DNA of 64,000 nucleotides from Malacoraja senta (GCA_038087875.1 CM075977.1:114142001-114206000), one strand, 5' to 3'. Shown: positions 37,071 to 51,056, numbered from the stretch's first letter. Program-made: numbers and translations. Notes: generated by a model not told the origin, from the letters alone.

Positions 37071-39635
37071 TAGTTTATGACACAAATAAACAACTTATCA
37101 TCATCACTTATCATTTATATGTATAGAAATAGTAAATGTTTCAATTATTTTATTTGCTCACAAATTGTTGATGTCACTGGCAGCGTGAGATTTAATGATC
37201 CATTCATTGTGACCATTACAATGAATCTCATTTGGTTTGTTTCCAGTGCAATTGTGTTGCAACCAGGATTGTGCACAATGCACTAAGACCAGTCCAACCA
37301 GTATTCCACTAATGTGAAACATAACACGCCATTTAAACAAATAATTTACACCCCAAACTATGAAGGCAAACATTCCATATGCCTTTTCCATCCTATCTAT
37401 ATGTGTCAACATTTTCAGTGAGGGTCATTTTCAGTTCCAAGGTCCCTCTGTTTATCAATATTCCTTTGCATCCTACAAATTACTGCATTTGGTCCTATAT
37501 GATTTCCCAAAATGTATCACCTCATATTTGTAACAATTAAATTCCATCTGCCAATACTCTGTCCAACTTTTCATCTGATCAATTTGCTGTTGTAGTGTTT
37601 CTTGTTTTCCACACCACCACAGGTCCTGCTTATATTTTCTAAGTTTATGTTATCAACTTTCAACATAACCTTCTTGCTTTTGTATTCCATGATCCCATAT
37701 GTTTTATCAACTGCATTCAGAATTTGCTAAAAAGGACACAAGGTGCTGGAGAGATGCAGTATCTCTGGAGAACACGGGTAGATGATATTTCATGTCGAGG
37801 CCCTTCTTCAGAATGTGCTAGCATTTTCAAAGATTAATATACATACTCTGACCTTTCTGTTCATACATACCTTCTCAAAATGTGTCATTTAATCTCCCCT
37901 CATTTCTTCTTCTAAAAGGTATTCCTTCATACTTTGTAGTCAATTTCAATAGACTATAGGTGCAGGAGTAGGCCATTCGGCCCTTTGAGCCAGCACCGCC
38001 ATTTAATATGATCATGGCTGATCATCCACAATCAGTACCCCGTCCCTGCCTTCTCACCATATCCCCTGACTCCGCTATCTTTAAGAGCGCTAACTTCCGT
38101 CATTTGTCTGCCCATTTGTCTTCTGGCCTATTTATGTCTTCTTGCATTGTCTTCCCGATATTCACCATTTCTTCAAGTTTTGTGTCATCAGTAAATGTGG
38201 AGATTCTACCCTGAACATCTATGTTCATGAAAATCAGCAAAAAACAGTGGTCATCTGGGGAAAAGGAAATTTGAAAAGGAGCCATCTGATAACGCTCTGT
38301 TTTCTGCCCATAATCTAATTTCTCATCTATATGTCTCATCTAAATATTACCTGTGAATACTATTCAATTTTTCTTAATTACAGCCTCATTTGAAAAAGGA
38401 AAGTAATGCATACATGAAAAAATTAAAGTTGCTGAAACAGCACATCCAGTGGTTAGATAGCCATAATTCATGAAGGTTGCATCCACTACTAATTATGATT
38501 CCTGATTATCTGGAGTGGTTGTACTTTGTCGGTTCCGTGCAAAGAAACAGCAGCATGACTTTTAATGTACTCGATGAGGAGATTTAAATGTAATGTCTCA
38601 AAGTTCGGTAATAATTCAAAAGTAGATGGGAAACTAAGTTACGTGGAGGCTGCAAGGAGCCTATAGAGGGATGTGGAGTTTTCAATCTTTGGAATTTTCG
38701 ATCCCACAGAGCTGCCGATGCTGAGTCAGCAAATATATTCAAGGCTGGGAGAGATGGATTTTTTTGACCAGCGGGGAATCAAGGGTTATGGGGATTTGAC
38801 TGAAAAGTACAGTTCAGCAGAAGATCAACCCACCCATAATCTTATTGAATGGCAAAGCAGGCATGAGGGATTATGAGGCCTATGCCTGCTACTACTTCTT
38901 ATATTCCCCTGGAAACAGATAGTGATAAACTTCTTTTGAGTTAATGATAGAATGGACAGGCAAACTATGGATATGGGAAATTAATTGTATCTCTACCTCA
39001 CCACTCCTTGCCTCTAACTAAAGCTGCTGCACTGAGTGTCATAACTTTTATCTTAATATTTGCAGGATATTCTGGATTTTTTTCTGTCCAGCTTTGAATC
39101 AAGCTGGGCGATGTTTTAAAGGGATTTGTAATCAGACCATAAGCATAGTCCATGATTTATGAAAAGTGTAATGTATATCGTCATCTTATTTTATAATTCA
39201 TATGTCACCTCTTACAACAAGTAAAAGGCAGTCGTACGACAAAATCGATTGGTTTGTGAAATGGATTCTAAAGCTCAGATAACCTTTTAATCTAACTTTA
39301 CAGCCATGGATTTGTGGGTTTAATTTACACTTTGTTATATCAGGTTTGCTTTCAGATTGGAACTTCCAGAATGCAAAGCTCTTGCCATCTGTAACCATTC
39401 CTGGCTGCCTCTGCAATGCATCTAACACTCCACTTGCTACAAATAAAACGGACCTATTTTAATGCTTATATATGATGATATTTCTATTGTTACTTCCATC
39501 TTACTTCACCCTGTTGAAAGTGATTAATTATTTTACATATATATATACACACACACACACAAATATATATATATGTTGAAAGTGATTAATTCTTTTATAT
39601 ATATACACACACACACACAAATATATATATATATT

Positions 39636-41048
39636 CAGTCAACGGGAGGCCTGGTCCCCCAATGCAACCCATTCCCCAATGCAATATTCCACCACTCACC
39701 TGTTCCCCCAATGCAATATTGTGTGGGGTTGTTGTGGGGGGTTGTGCAGGGGGGTGGGGGGGTGGGTTGTGGGGGGGTTTGCGGGGGGCAGTTGCGGGGG
39801 CAGTTGCGGGGGAGGGGGGCTGCAGGGGAGGGGGGTTGTGGGGAGGAGGGTTTGTGGGAGGGTTGTGAGGAGGGGGGATTGTGGTGGAGGAGGGGTTTTG
39901 GGGGGTTGTGGGGAGGGGGTTTTGAGGGGGATGGGGATTGTAGGGAAGGGGGTGTTGTGTGGGGGGTTATGGGGGACCGGGGGGTTGTGGGGGAGGGGGG
40001 GTTGTGGGGAAGGGGGGGTCGTTGGGGAGTTGTGGGGGAGTGTGGTTGTGGGGTAGGGGCGGGGTCATTGGGGGGTTGTGAGGGAGGGGGGTTGTGGAAG
40101 AGGGGGGTGTGGTGGCTGTGGGCTGTGGGGGCGGGTGTTTGGGCAGTGGGGTGCGTGGGCAGCGGGGTGTGTGGGCGGGGTGGTGTGTGGGGTTGTGTGT
40201 GGGCAGGGGGGCTTGTGGGGGGAGGGGTGTGTTGGCGGGGGGTTGTGTGGGCGGGGAAGTTGTGCGGTAGAGAGGTGTGTGGGCGGGAGGAGCTCGGTAA
40301 AAATACGGGGGAAGAGCCATGGGAGAAAGGGGGCATCACCGGGGAGGGGAGGAGGAGCCAGCGAGGGGGACTAGAGGGGTAGTGGGTGGAATTGGCGGTG
40401 CGTTAGGGACTCACAGCGGGCGCTGGTCGCTGGTCGTTCTCCTCCGCTGGGATCAGAGTCTCCACTTTTTGTTTGGCGACATCTCCGAGTCCGGGCTGGA
40501 ATTAGTCTCGGGGCTGCTGCTTGGGGCGGGGCTGCTGCTTGGGGCTGGGCTGCTGCTTGGGGCGGGGTTTCTGCTTGGGGAAAGGCTGCTGCTTGGGGCT
40601 GGGCTGCTGCTTGGGGCGGGGCTTCTGCTTGGGGCGGGGCTGCTGCTTGGGGAAAGGCTGCTGCTTGGGGCTGGGCTGCTGTTTGGGGCGGGGCTTCTGC
40701 TTGGGGCGGGGCTGCTGCTTGTGGCAGGGCTGCTGCTTGGGGCGGGGCTGCTTGGGGCTGGGTTGCTTCGGGTCCCTCCGAAAGCCCGGTTGGAAACCTC
40801 CGCTGGCCACCCTCAGCTCCAGTAAAGACGCAATGGCGCAGGAAGGGGCGGACCATCCCGGGGAGTGACAGGGTAAGAGACTAATCCATGCATCACTGAC
40901 TGGCAGGAGAAGAGATCGATCTGCGCACGTGCGGTTTTTAAGATTTTTAAACTTCGCTAACTTTTACGATATTCAACCGATCGGAACAAAACTTGGTGCA
41001 CTCGCAGCACAGGACAATGGTGAGTGAACTGGTGAAAAATCGTAGTGC
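39636..41048. repeat. Composite GC-rich interspersed repeat (possibly Helentron/Helitron-associated) with a G-rich low-complexity tract at 39720-40360
   Basis: Abrupt composition change; repeated CCCCAATGCAA units; terminal block CCGATCGGAACAAAACTTGG...AAAAATCGTAG. Family assignment is tentative. Confidence 0.45.
40509..40768. repeat. 18-bp minisatellite (GGGGCTGCTGCTTGGGGC)n, about 14 units
   Basis: Directly visible tandem units, which produce the LLLGAG / KQQPRP / QAAAPP pseudo-ORFs. Confidence 0.95.
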
Positions 41049-44000
41049 TCTGATCTGTCTTCCTGCTCTCTTGTCTGCAGATCTAAATTGTGCCAGCTCT
41101 AAGTTGCAGGTGGCACTACTCTTTACACCATAAATATTTGAGCCTCTCCCTAATTCATGCTCACCTTCCTGTATCTGCTACTAACTGGCTTGTCCCGTTG
41201 TGTTGAGAATTGATCTTAAGTTCCTTCACCATCGATAGAGCCTTTGCAAAGAATGGAAAAGCCCAATTTAAAATCTGGTAGTTGTAAGCTCATGGATGCA
41301 CAGACAGCAATGAGATTATACAATCAGTAGAGGTGAGTGATCATTAATAAGTTTATGAAATAGCTTTTCTGGTGTTGAGTTGGGAGCTGTATCTAGGTTG
41401 TTTAAAGGGCACTCACAATGTATTTGTAACATAAGAGTTGTTGAGAACCTAATGGGGAAGGTGTTAACATCCCAACATAATTATGCTAGAGCATGAGGTG
41501 TGGATGATGGGACTGACTAAATGACTGTATTTGTAATGCTGGCACTTGGATTAATGGATCAATGATACTATATACATATGTTCAAAGCACTCCCAGCACT
41601 ATACACCATGTAATACAAAGGGAAATAGTTTGTGGGCTAAATTTGTTATTTGTTGAAAACATGCAGAGAGATGTACTTGGTATGTGGAAAATACAAATGA
41701 CTCTAAGTATCTGACCCATTTTATTGCATATAATGCTTTAATTACTTGTTAGTATATAAAGAGGTGTTAACTAACCCTCTGATATCAGGGTTCTGAATGG
41801 TCCATCCACAAGCTTAGGGTGTTGTCCAATTTGCCTCCACTCCATTGCAAACATTGGGCTTTGTTGATGGAGCTGCTGCACTACAATTCTAAGAACTATA
41901 TTCTGCACTTTGTATTTGCCCCTTTGCTCTACTTATTGAACTTGAGTTTGACTTGATTGGATTCATGTATATTATGAATTGATCTGATTGGATAGCATGC
42001 AGAACAAAGCTTTTCGCTGTACCACGGTACATGGGACAATATTGTCATACAGTCATACAACATGGAAACAGGCCCTTCTGCCTAGCTTGTCCATACCAAC
42101 CAAGGTGCCCCATCTACACTAGCTCCATCTGCCCACATTTGGCCCATATCCCTCTAAACCTTTCCTATCCTTGTACTTATCCAAATGTCTTTTAGATGGT
42201 GTTATAGTTCTGATTCAACCACCTCCTCCTGCAACTCATTCCAGATATTCTCTAAAATGAGAGAATGTTGCCCCTCAGATTCTTATTACATTTTTCCCAC
42301 TATTAAAATTTCCTTAATCCCATTAAATCTTAAATGTTCACGAAATAATCTTTGACTGAAATCTAATCTTTTCTATTGCTATTAATTTAAACCTCTTCGT
42401 TATTGATAAACATTTTTACCACTGTTGACGGTCTTCTGGAAGTCAGCCTGCTCTACCTAGCAGACCACCGGTCATGTGTAGTGGAATAGCTTGTTTGAAC
42501 CGCAGTGTCCAGATAAAATAGGTGCAGGTGGAGGGAGGGGGCAGTGAGTATAGTGTTAGGCTGGATCCAGCACAATTTGGCCCTGTGACAGAAACTATTT
42601 GTCCTGCTTGGGGAATCCAGCACCAGTGTGCAGATGCTGGAAGGATTCGCTCAAGGAATTGTTTTGATGTGCAAATACCGGAGGGCCTGTTCCTTTGGTT
42701 CCTCGAGAAAGTCTTTTAACCATAAAGTTCTCCCTTATGTGGTTATGACCTGGGAGCTCCTTGACTGTCAGTGCAGCTTACTTGTCCTCAGTTTTGATTC
42801 CCTTTATTTTAGTTTTGCCTCCTTGCTTCCACTTATGTTTACAACATTTTTCATGCTCCTGCTTTTTGTTTATGGTTGAACAATCTCAATGATCATTAAT
42901 TCTGACCAGCATGTGCAGAAATTGTCTTGAATTTCTCTTCCAAGAGTAAAAAATAGTCTGTATTTGGATGCCATTTAAAAAAAAGGACAAGGGACAAAGG
43001 ACAACATTGCTTTTTTTTGAAAAGGCAAAGCATATTCCACATTAACCCATATGTGGTGGTTAAATAAAAAAATGTGTTAAGAGACTTAAGAGGCAGGCAA
43101 CAATGCATTTAGAAAGAGGAAAATAAGCAAATGGAACCTAAAGAAACGGAAAGGCAATGAGAGATGAACGGAACCAGAAAAAGATAGAAACATTCATCGT
43201 CAGGAAGCATCCAGGAAAGTTCTATTGAAAGGTCTCTGACGTGATTCGGTTTTTCTTTCCATAAATGCTGCCTGACCTGCTGAGTTTTCCTGCGTGTCTG
43301 TTTGTACTTTGGATTTGCAGCAGCTGTGTCTTTTTCAGTCTTCATTAGACAGCGAGTGAAGCAGATATATAAAGGAGTTGTGCCACAGAGGCAAATGTAA
43401 GAACATTGGCTGAGATGACTGTTCCTGTCCCAATGTGGAATTTTATACTGCAAAACTATGACTTCTCCATTGAAATCCTGGTGTATGTTAGATGATGGTG
43501 AGAAGCAGGATCAGGAAAACCAATGAATTTTCTGCCGTCATAACTGTTGACTGCAGTGATCAACAGGAGCTGATGGGACTCCTGTAGAATTTTGGAGGGA
43601 AAGGGCTTTGGAATTTCATTCTTTGTCCTCTAAGGAAAGGCTTTACCCTCACTTCAAGGTTTAGCATTAACTTTCCTGCTATGTTATTATGTACTCGTTT
43701 GTTCTTTAATTTTACCTCTTTTCCACCTGATGTTAAAATGATGTATCCCTCCCAAAGCCAGGCTTGGTTTTGCCATTGGAAATCCAGTTGTGAGCCTTGT
43801 CTATATAAATAGTTCTGACACACGAAAGCAGAGCGTGTCAAGGTACATCGGTGTCTTGAAGCATGAGTGTCTTATTCAAACTTTATTTGTGAAGACCATG
43901 CACATAGAGACTGAAAGTGAAAACGAGATAAAATGGGGGTTAAGTTGGAGAATTTTGGAAAAAAATGTACACTTAGCTGATGCGATATTTCCTTATTTAA

Positions 44001-47000
44001 AGTGCCCCCTATCTGTCCTCGCCATTACCATGACAATACGCTTGTCACTTCGCAAGGACTCATACCAATAACTGCAGGCTGCTGAGGAACAAAAGAGTGA
44101 AGGAGGTCCAGTCACCAGTCCAGATCCTGGAACTCAGTGCAGCAGAGGGGATCTTAGATGCAGGGTCTGCACAAGCAAAACATTTAGTTATGGAGGGCTG
44201 CACCAAGGATGAAGGTAACAGCAGGCCAAGCTTACCATGTACGAAAACATGCTTAACCAAAAGCAAAATAACACCTATGCTGGGAAACTGAAATGTAGCA
44301 ATATTCAGTTGCCTTGGCACCATGGAGAAAGGAATATAATAACAATTCCAAGTGGATGACTAAATGTCCCAATGAAGATCTGAAAATCTATGTAAAATAT
44401 CCAGCAAATGATACTGAAAGTTAGCATGCAGTTCTGGCAAACAATGATTATTGGTCTTTTTGCAAGAGTTTTTCAATACAGGAATAAAGACATCATAGTG
44501 CACTTGGTCAGATTAGATTTGGAACGTTTTGTACAGGTCTTGTCTCCAATCCTAACGAAGGACATAGAGGCACAAGGAACCGCAGATGCTGGATTCTTGA
44601 GTAAAACACAAAGTGCTGAAGTAACTCAGTGGGGCAGGCAGCATCTGTGGAAGGAATGGATAGGCAGGGTTTCAGGGTCCTCCCTCAGTCTGAGTTACTC
44701 CAGCATTTTGTGTTTAGTGAAGGAAGAACATACAGTACATGTGATAAAGACTGTGTCGCTGTGGCGTATCAGATTGATTCTTAGATTGTGAGATTTTTCT
44801 CCTGAGGGGTGGGCCTTTGAGTTTCAAAGAATGAGAAGTAATCTCATTGAAACGTGTAAAATTTTGACAGAGGTTTACAAGTAAATATACTAAAACCAGA
44901 TATACAAATGCTAGAAAAAAATAAAACCCTCAACCAACAGTGTTCAATTAACTTTATGATATGATGATATTCTAAATCCCTAATGGCATTGTATATTTTT
45001 GTTCTAATTGTATGTAGCAGCTCAATCTATGAAATGAAATGGTGAAATTGAGAATTTTGTTACCAAGTAAATGAACACTATATAACCTAGAGCAGGCAAC
45101 ATTTTTTTTATTCAGATTAATGTTTAATCAGAATACTGTTTTGTCATCTTGATGCCAGTCTCACTGAAAGATATTATTTGCCCAGAATGTAAAATTATGT
45201 CAGTGTTTGTTAGAACAAAATATTACATATGGTATTTAAATAGAAGAACGGGTTGTCTTTTTAATTCTAATAAAGGAAGTCAAAGAAAAGATAATTCTCC
45301 TAGCCAGGAGGAAATTTCATCAGTCTTCAATACCGCAGATAGCTTAAGTAGGATCCTTTTGATTGTTTCATTTTTTTTTCCCTTTTGAAATGCCAAGGGT
45401 TATGTGTCAAATATATGCAACAATTATTGCTGTGTGTTACCCAGGTTTTGACTGGAATGTTATTCTCTTGACATTAGCAGGTAAATCAAGAGATGTTTTC
45501 CAAAATATTTGAGATCATTTTAGTAGTAATGCCTATTGTTATCCCGAGGATATTATTTGGCAAATGCACTGTGGGCATTTGAACTGGTATTGGCTGTATC
45601 CCAATTTGCTGCTTCAGTCCCCAGAGACCAATGTTGCTGCATAGTTATATGTCAGCTGAGTCACAGAAGATCAGGTATTTATAGAAAACATATGCAAAAG
45701 GTTGATGGCTTGTCCAATCATTAGCACCAGACACTGACAGCTAAATACAAATTGAGAGCAGCAAGTTTCGCTTTCTAGCAAATTTACTCTGTGAAGACTT
45801 CATTTTCCCATTTCATTTGAATATGTTCAGAGCTGCTCAGAATGTACAACTATATATCTGGCATATTTTTTATTCTTGAAAGCTCATTATTTTACGGGAA
45901 GGTTAGTGAACCTAGACCACGCGGTACAGATTATCCAGCAAAGTATTAATCAAAATATACATGGAAAATGAGATCACTGTGTGCTGCCAAACAGGCTTCA
46001 GCTTTTAGCAAGGAACAAAATGCATTTAGTTTCTTTTTTAATTGGAAGATATTAAGGATAATTTATCTGCAAATCACTGTCTTAACACCATTAACTATCA
46101 AATAATTTAATGTTCTTTCCAAAAAAAACACCCCAGCTTTCAGACAATTTTCAACCCCCTTTAAATGAATTAATATGTTGTGAGGGTTTGCCAAAATAAG
46201 ACAGCCATGGTTTCTAATGATGTCAATGATGTTTTTTAATGTTGCAAAGCAAAAATATTAATAAATAATCTTTTGGATTCCTATAAAGCTACTTATTTGA
46301 TTTATTCTGAGGCTATTAGTGTGCACTGTATGTATTCATGCAAATCTTTATTATGTTCACAATAGAACATTTATAAAGTTCCAATATTAGCTACTGAATT
46401 ATTTTCTGCAATGCTTCAAGCGGCAGAAGGAAATTCAGCGCAGAAGTCACAAAAATAATCTCCTGTTAACAAGCTCATTTGAATTTAGTCACCCAGTAAT
46501 CTAAATGCTAATAAGAATCCTGTTACTACTGTATTTACTATAAGTCACACATCATACTGTATGTCAATATTGTTTTACTTAAATGAAATACATATGAACC
46601 TCAGTGTAATAAATTTTGTTCCATCACTATTTAAAGAGGGATAGATATAATCAAGTAACACTATGGATTGTAGTGAATAAGATGTAAACTTTATAATTGC
46701 ACATGTAACAGAAAAATCAATGACAGCTTTTCGACATCATTTTGAGAATTGTGGAAATATTATAATGCATTTGATACTTGAATTCTATAATAAATATTTT
46801 AATCAGAACAATAAAACTGCTGAGCTTAACAATTCCTCTTTGTTCCCAATGACGAATATATTTTTTTGTGTGTTAAATTTAAAGAAGAGCTATGTTAAAG
46901 GTTTAGATATCTATCTGATAGCTGCCACTGTTGAAGCAGCTGGATTACTTCACAGGGAGTATTATTGAGTGTTAGAAGATGGCACTGGAATTGTCCTCTA

Positions 47001-49129
47001 ATTAAAGCTTTTATTTATTGATCATTTACTTCAAGAAGATTGATTATTTTGGGAAGCAGTTTATTTAGCTTTCGTTTGGTATGGCCAGGAAAACTACTTC
47101 TCTCTACAATAACATAAGGGAGGTATAATTGCAAAGTATGTACTTTATAACGTACTTTGAATGGTAAATCTATTGAAGGTTATGACTAGTTAGTCGTCTT
47201 ATATCAATGTCAGAAATGTTAGCCATTAGAGCATTGCTTTCTCAATCTGTAAAACCAGAACTCTGAACAGAGAAAGCCAAAAGGAAATATGAAAAAATGC
47301 ATGTGATAATTTGCAAAAGAGTGAGGTCAAGGTTGCTATGTAATATATGAATTTAAATAATTTTGTATAAAGTTTTTGAGCTTCATTCTTAGTTTATGAT
47401 TCCATCTGGACAATTTGAATAGAATCCAACCTTGTAATTGATGAATGAGTTTCCATTATTTTCCATTGACTGGATCAAATCTAACCCACAGGTTGAACCC
47501 CCACAATACATTAACCTGACTCAGATGAACTTGCTTTCATTTAACTCCAGTAGGAGAGTGTCTATCATATTTAGTTTAGATTTTCTCATGAAAGCAAATG
47601 TTAAAATTACTCTGTGGTATTGGTGCACCAATGTTTATACATACATAGCTCAATCTCCTATTAAAATAAAGTACAATGAGATGTTTAATGTTTCATACGC
47701 TAAGACTGCACACAGTAATTTTTAGTTATATGTTGCCATGTAAAAAGAAAAGATTTTTGACAGTCCAGAATAATTTCTATCAAATTCTATATTAAATATA
47801 AAGCCTTCATTGTAAGGTAGCTCTGCAATAGTAATCAAAACAGCAATGGGATAAAGATTGAATTAATGTGCACGTGTCTGACCATGTTGGTAGTCTGATT
47901 ATGTGAAAATCAAACAATTCCTTCATGCAAGACCTATGCATAAGAAATTATAGAATTATAAAGTATGGAATTACAAAGAAAGTGAGTGCAAATGAGATGC
48001 TAGTGCAAGCTTATTTATGAATATATTTCAATCAAAACTTTTAACTGTGGTCGTAAATTGAATTGCCCAGGGGACACAGCTGCTAAAGGGTTAAAGGTCT
48101 TTCCTGTCCACTATGTTACAGTTGTTTGTTAGACCTTGAATATGGAAATAAGTATATTATTGAGAAAGAAATGCCATGTGTAAGTAGTAGAAAGGATCTG
48201 TCTTTAATAGAAAGATATGATGCACAGTGATGCAGGGAAGCTCTTCAATTTGCTTCTTCAGGTGTTCAAGTGCCTCGAAGACCATTTCAACAGGCCATGA
48301 TATTTCACTCTCAGAATCTGCATTGAAATGTAAATTATTGTAGGTGTTATGATGTGGACTGTCAGGATTCTGAAATGAGTTTACACACAGCTAATGCAGT
48401 AGCCTAATGAGAATGAGATTTTCTTTCAACAAAATCAGCTTGTCAAATACAATTTTTTGCTATACTTGGTTGAAGAATTTGGGCACCTGTGGTTCTTGGG
48501 ATAAAAATAGGGAATGAAAAAAAAAAATCCAAAAACATAAGCCAATCTTAGTGAATGGCCTTTTCATGATAGTGCATGATTTAATGAACCTATCAGCCAA
48601 AACGTAATGCATTATCTAATAAATGGAAATACATTGTGATTCACTCAGTCACATTCCTTGGTTGATCTTAGTGAGATCTATTTGCTCAGCATATCTGTTC
48701 ACCCGTTCCCATACTGCATTCAATGCCATTCTTCTAACTAACATTTGTCATTCATCACTTCCCAAATTCTTAAGACTTGACGGATGTTTTTGCCAACATG
48801 TGCATTAATGCCTTCAAATCAACATCAGAAATCTCCAAACTGCTTACCATGAGGATGTTGAGGAAACATATGCCTCATTATCAACAAATTTGGCATGCTC
48901 AAGTAATAGCAAACTGTTTGTGAAGTTCCATAGATTGTATTAATGGACACAGAGTGCTGGAGTAACTGGAGAACATGGATAGCTGTTGTTTCGGATTAGG
49001 GCCCTTTTTCAGACTGATTGGGGGGGGGGGGGGGAGGGCGAAGAAAGCTGGAAAAGGGAGGACAAAGTGTGGCAGGTTGTAGGTCGACATAGGTGTGGGG
49101 GGTTTTGATAGGCAGATGGTTGACCTAAA

Positions 49130-49610
49130 CATGATCTAGATTAGTTGGGAAGGTGGGCCAAGGAATGGCAAATAGCTTTTAACTCTGAATTGGCTAGGCC
49201 TTTTTCCATTGGAACATAAAAGGCTGAGGGGTGACCTTATTGAAGTGCACAAAATCATGAGGGGCATGAATAAAATGAATGCTTATAGTCTTTTCCCAGG
49301 GTCGAGGATTCTACAGTTAGAAGGCATAGGCTTAAGGTGAGAGGGGAGAGATTTAAGAGGAACTGCAAGGGCAATCTCTTTACCTGGAGGTTTGTATCTG
49401 GATAGAGCTGCCAGAGGAAGCTATAGGAGCAGATACAATTGCAACTTTCATGAGACATTTGGACTGATAAATAGTCAGGAAGAGTTTAGAGGGTTGGTTC
49501 TGGGCTAAATGCAGGCAAATGAGACTAGCTCAGTATGCCAACTTGGTTGGCACGGGCAAGATGGACCGAAGGCCTGCTTCCATGTTGTACAGCTGTATGA
49601 CTCCGTGACT
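49130..49610 (+). mobile_element. Old CR1 3' relic, preceded by a PLE pLTR fragment (about 48945-49125)
   Basis: AGGCTGAGGGGTGACCTTATTGAAGTG..., CR1/HE1-type 3' tail; GACACAGAGTGCTGGAGTAAC...CCCTTTTTCAGACTG. Confidence 0.7.
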
Positions 49611-49639
49611 CAAACAAAACAATTAGAAACAATGAAGCT

Positions 49640-50243
49640 GTAATCAAAGACATTTCTTTGGTTTGTTGTAAGTTTTAGGTATTGTTCTGATATGCCCAAT
49701 ATTATTAATTTAGGATCGGGATCCATTTGGGTATTATTGGGTAATATTAAAATTTTGGAAAAATCCAGCAACCCTCACAATCAAGATGTAGATTATGGAG
49801 ATGTCGGAGACCTTACATTTGGAAAAAATTAGATTTGTCTTAATTGAAAACCAGAATTATTTACTAGAATATGGTCTCCATTTATAGATTATTTGAAAGG
49901 GTAAATTGGGCCGGCGCAGAAGCCTGACTGAAACTTGAATCCAGGACTAGATGAATAGTTATGTTCTCTGACCTACGGACCTATCTCCTAAGTTGTATTA
50001 TTGATAGTTTATCCTATTTTTCTAATTTCTTCTCTTTCTTTCTTTATTTTTCCTATCTATAAATATAAATAAATAATTAGAGGCAACGTTAATATGTAAC
50101 CGATAAAGGAGGACCCCAGCTACTTTGGTAACTGGGTCCCTGGAATCCTGGATATTTAATATGTAATCATTAAACAAAGTTTGTATTGGTTTGGACTATG
50201 ATATGCAGATGCCTCTAATAAAAAATGTATTTAAAAAAAAAGA
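49640..50243 (+). mobile_element. 5'-truncated L1-clade LINE with an inverted 5' segment
   Basis: 15-bp TSD AGAAACAATGAAGCT (49625-49639 / 50244-50258), AATAAA plus A-tail, ORF2 C-terminal remnant ILKFWKNP...LHLEKIRF...IWSPFIDYLKG*. Confidence 0.85.
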
Positions 50244-50260
50244 AGAAACAATGAAGCTAA

Positions 50261-51056
50261 TGGGCCTGTCCCACTTAGGTGATTTTTCAGCAGACTGTCA
50301 AGTTGCCGGCAGTCGCCTGTAAAACCGGGAACTGGAACGGCTACTGTCAGAGTGGAACACACACACAACACATCGCAAAGGCAGGGACCAGGGCAAGCGG
50401 GGGGAGCGCTGTCTGAAATTCACACGGTGCAAAGCCAGGGTGATATAGACACACACCTCGATGAACAGGAAGGTTGGCGCTGTAATTAAGACGGCTAGCA
50501 CAGTGTACGGTAAGTCCTTTAAAAGGGGGGGGAGAGGGGAGGAGGGGGGGGAGAAGGGGGGAAAAGGGGGGAGAAGGAGTGGAGACAACTTTTAAGAAGC
50601 CAGACAACATTTAATAAGCCAGAGATACACAGCTATGAAGTTCGTCGGACATTTAACATTACCGATCGGTTATCCTTGGTTCTGAAAACTACTGCTTACG
50701 TTTTTTCCCCCCAATGAACCAATGAAAATGACCGGTTAGCAAAGGCGATTAACTAAAACTACCTACGACTACCCCGACTACCCATAACTGCATGGCGACC
50801 CCACTACAACTGCACCTACGACTACAGGATTATCATTATCTCCAGGGCGACCGAATTTTGGACGCAGAAAATGTTTCAACATGTTGAAAAATTTGCGGCG
50901 ACCATACTGAGGCCGCGACCAGTTCCCGGAATACGGGAACTCCTCGCGACCATGAAGGAGACTCACCAGAGACCACCAGCGAACATGTGGCGACCATGTG
51001 GCGAGCGCAGAGTCTCCTGCGCTCGCCTAAAAAGTCGCCTAAGTGGGACAGGCCCA
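50261..51056. mobile_element. PIF/Harbinger-type MITE
   Basis: TIRs TGGGCCTGTCCCACTTAGG / CCTAAGTGGGACAGGCCCA, flanked by TAA / CAA. Confidence 0.85.

Noticed and set aside
40509-40768. CRISPR-like array
   Set aside because: There are no unique spacers; it is a eukaryotic minisatellite.
39573-40868. Long Gly-, Pro- and Gln-rich ORFs on both strands
   Set aside because: They are products of the G-rich tract and the 18-bp minisatellite. Several frames are open only because the repeats lack stop codons.
44078-44214. Possible plus-strand exon (LLRNKRVKEVQSP...KDE) bounded by CAG and GTAAC
   Set aside because: The pyrimidine tract is weak, the peptide is unrecognised, and no convincing neighbouring exon exists.
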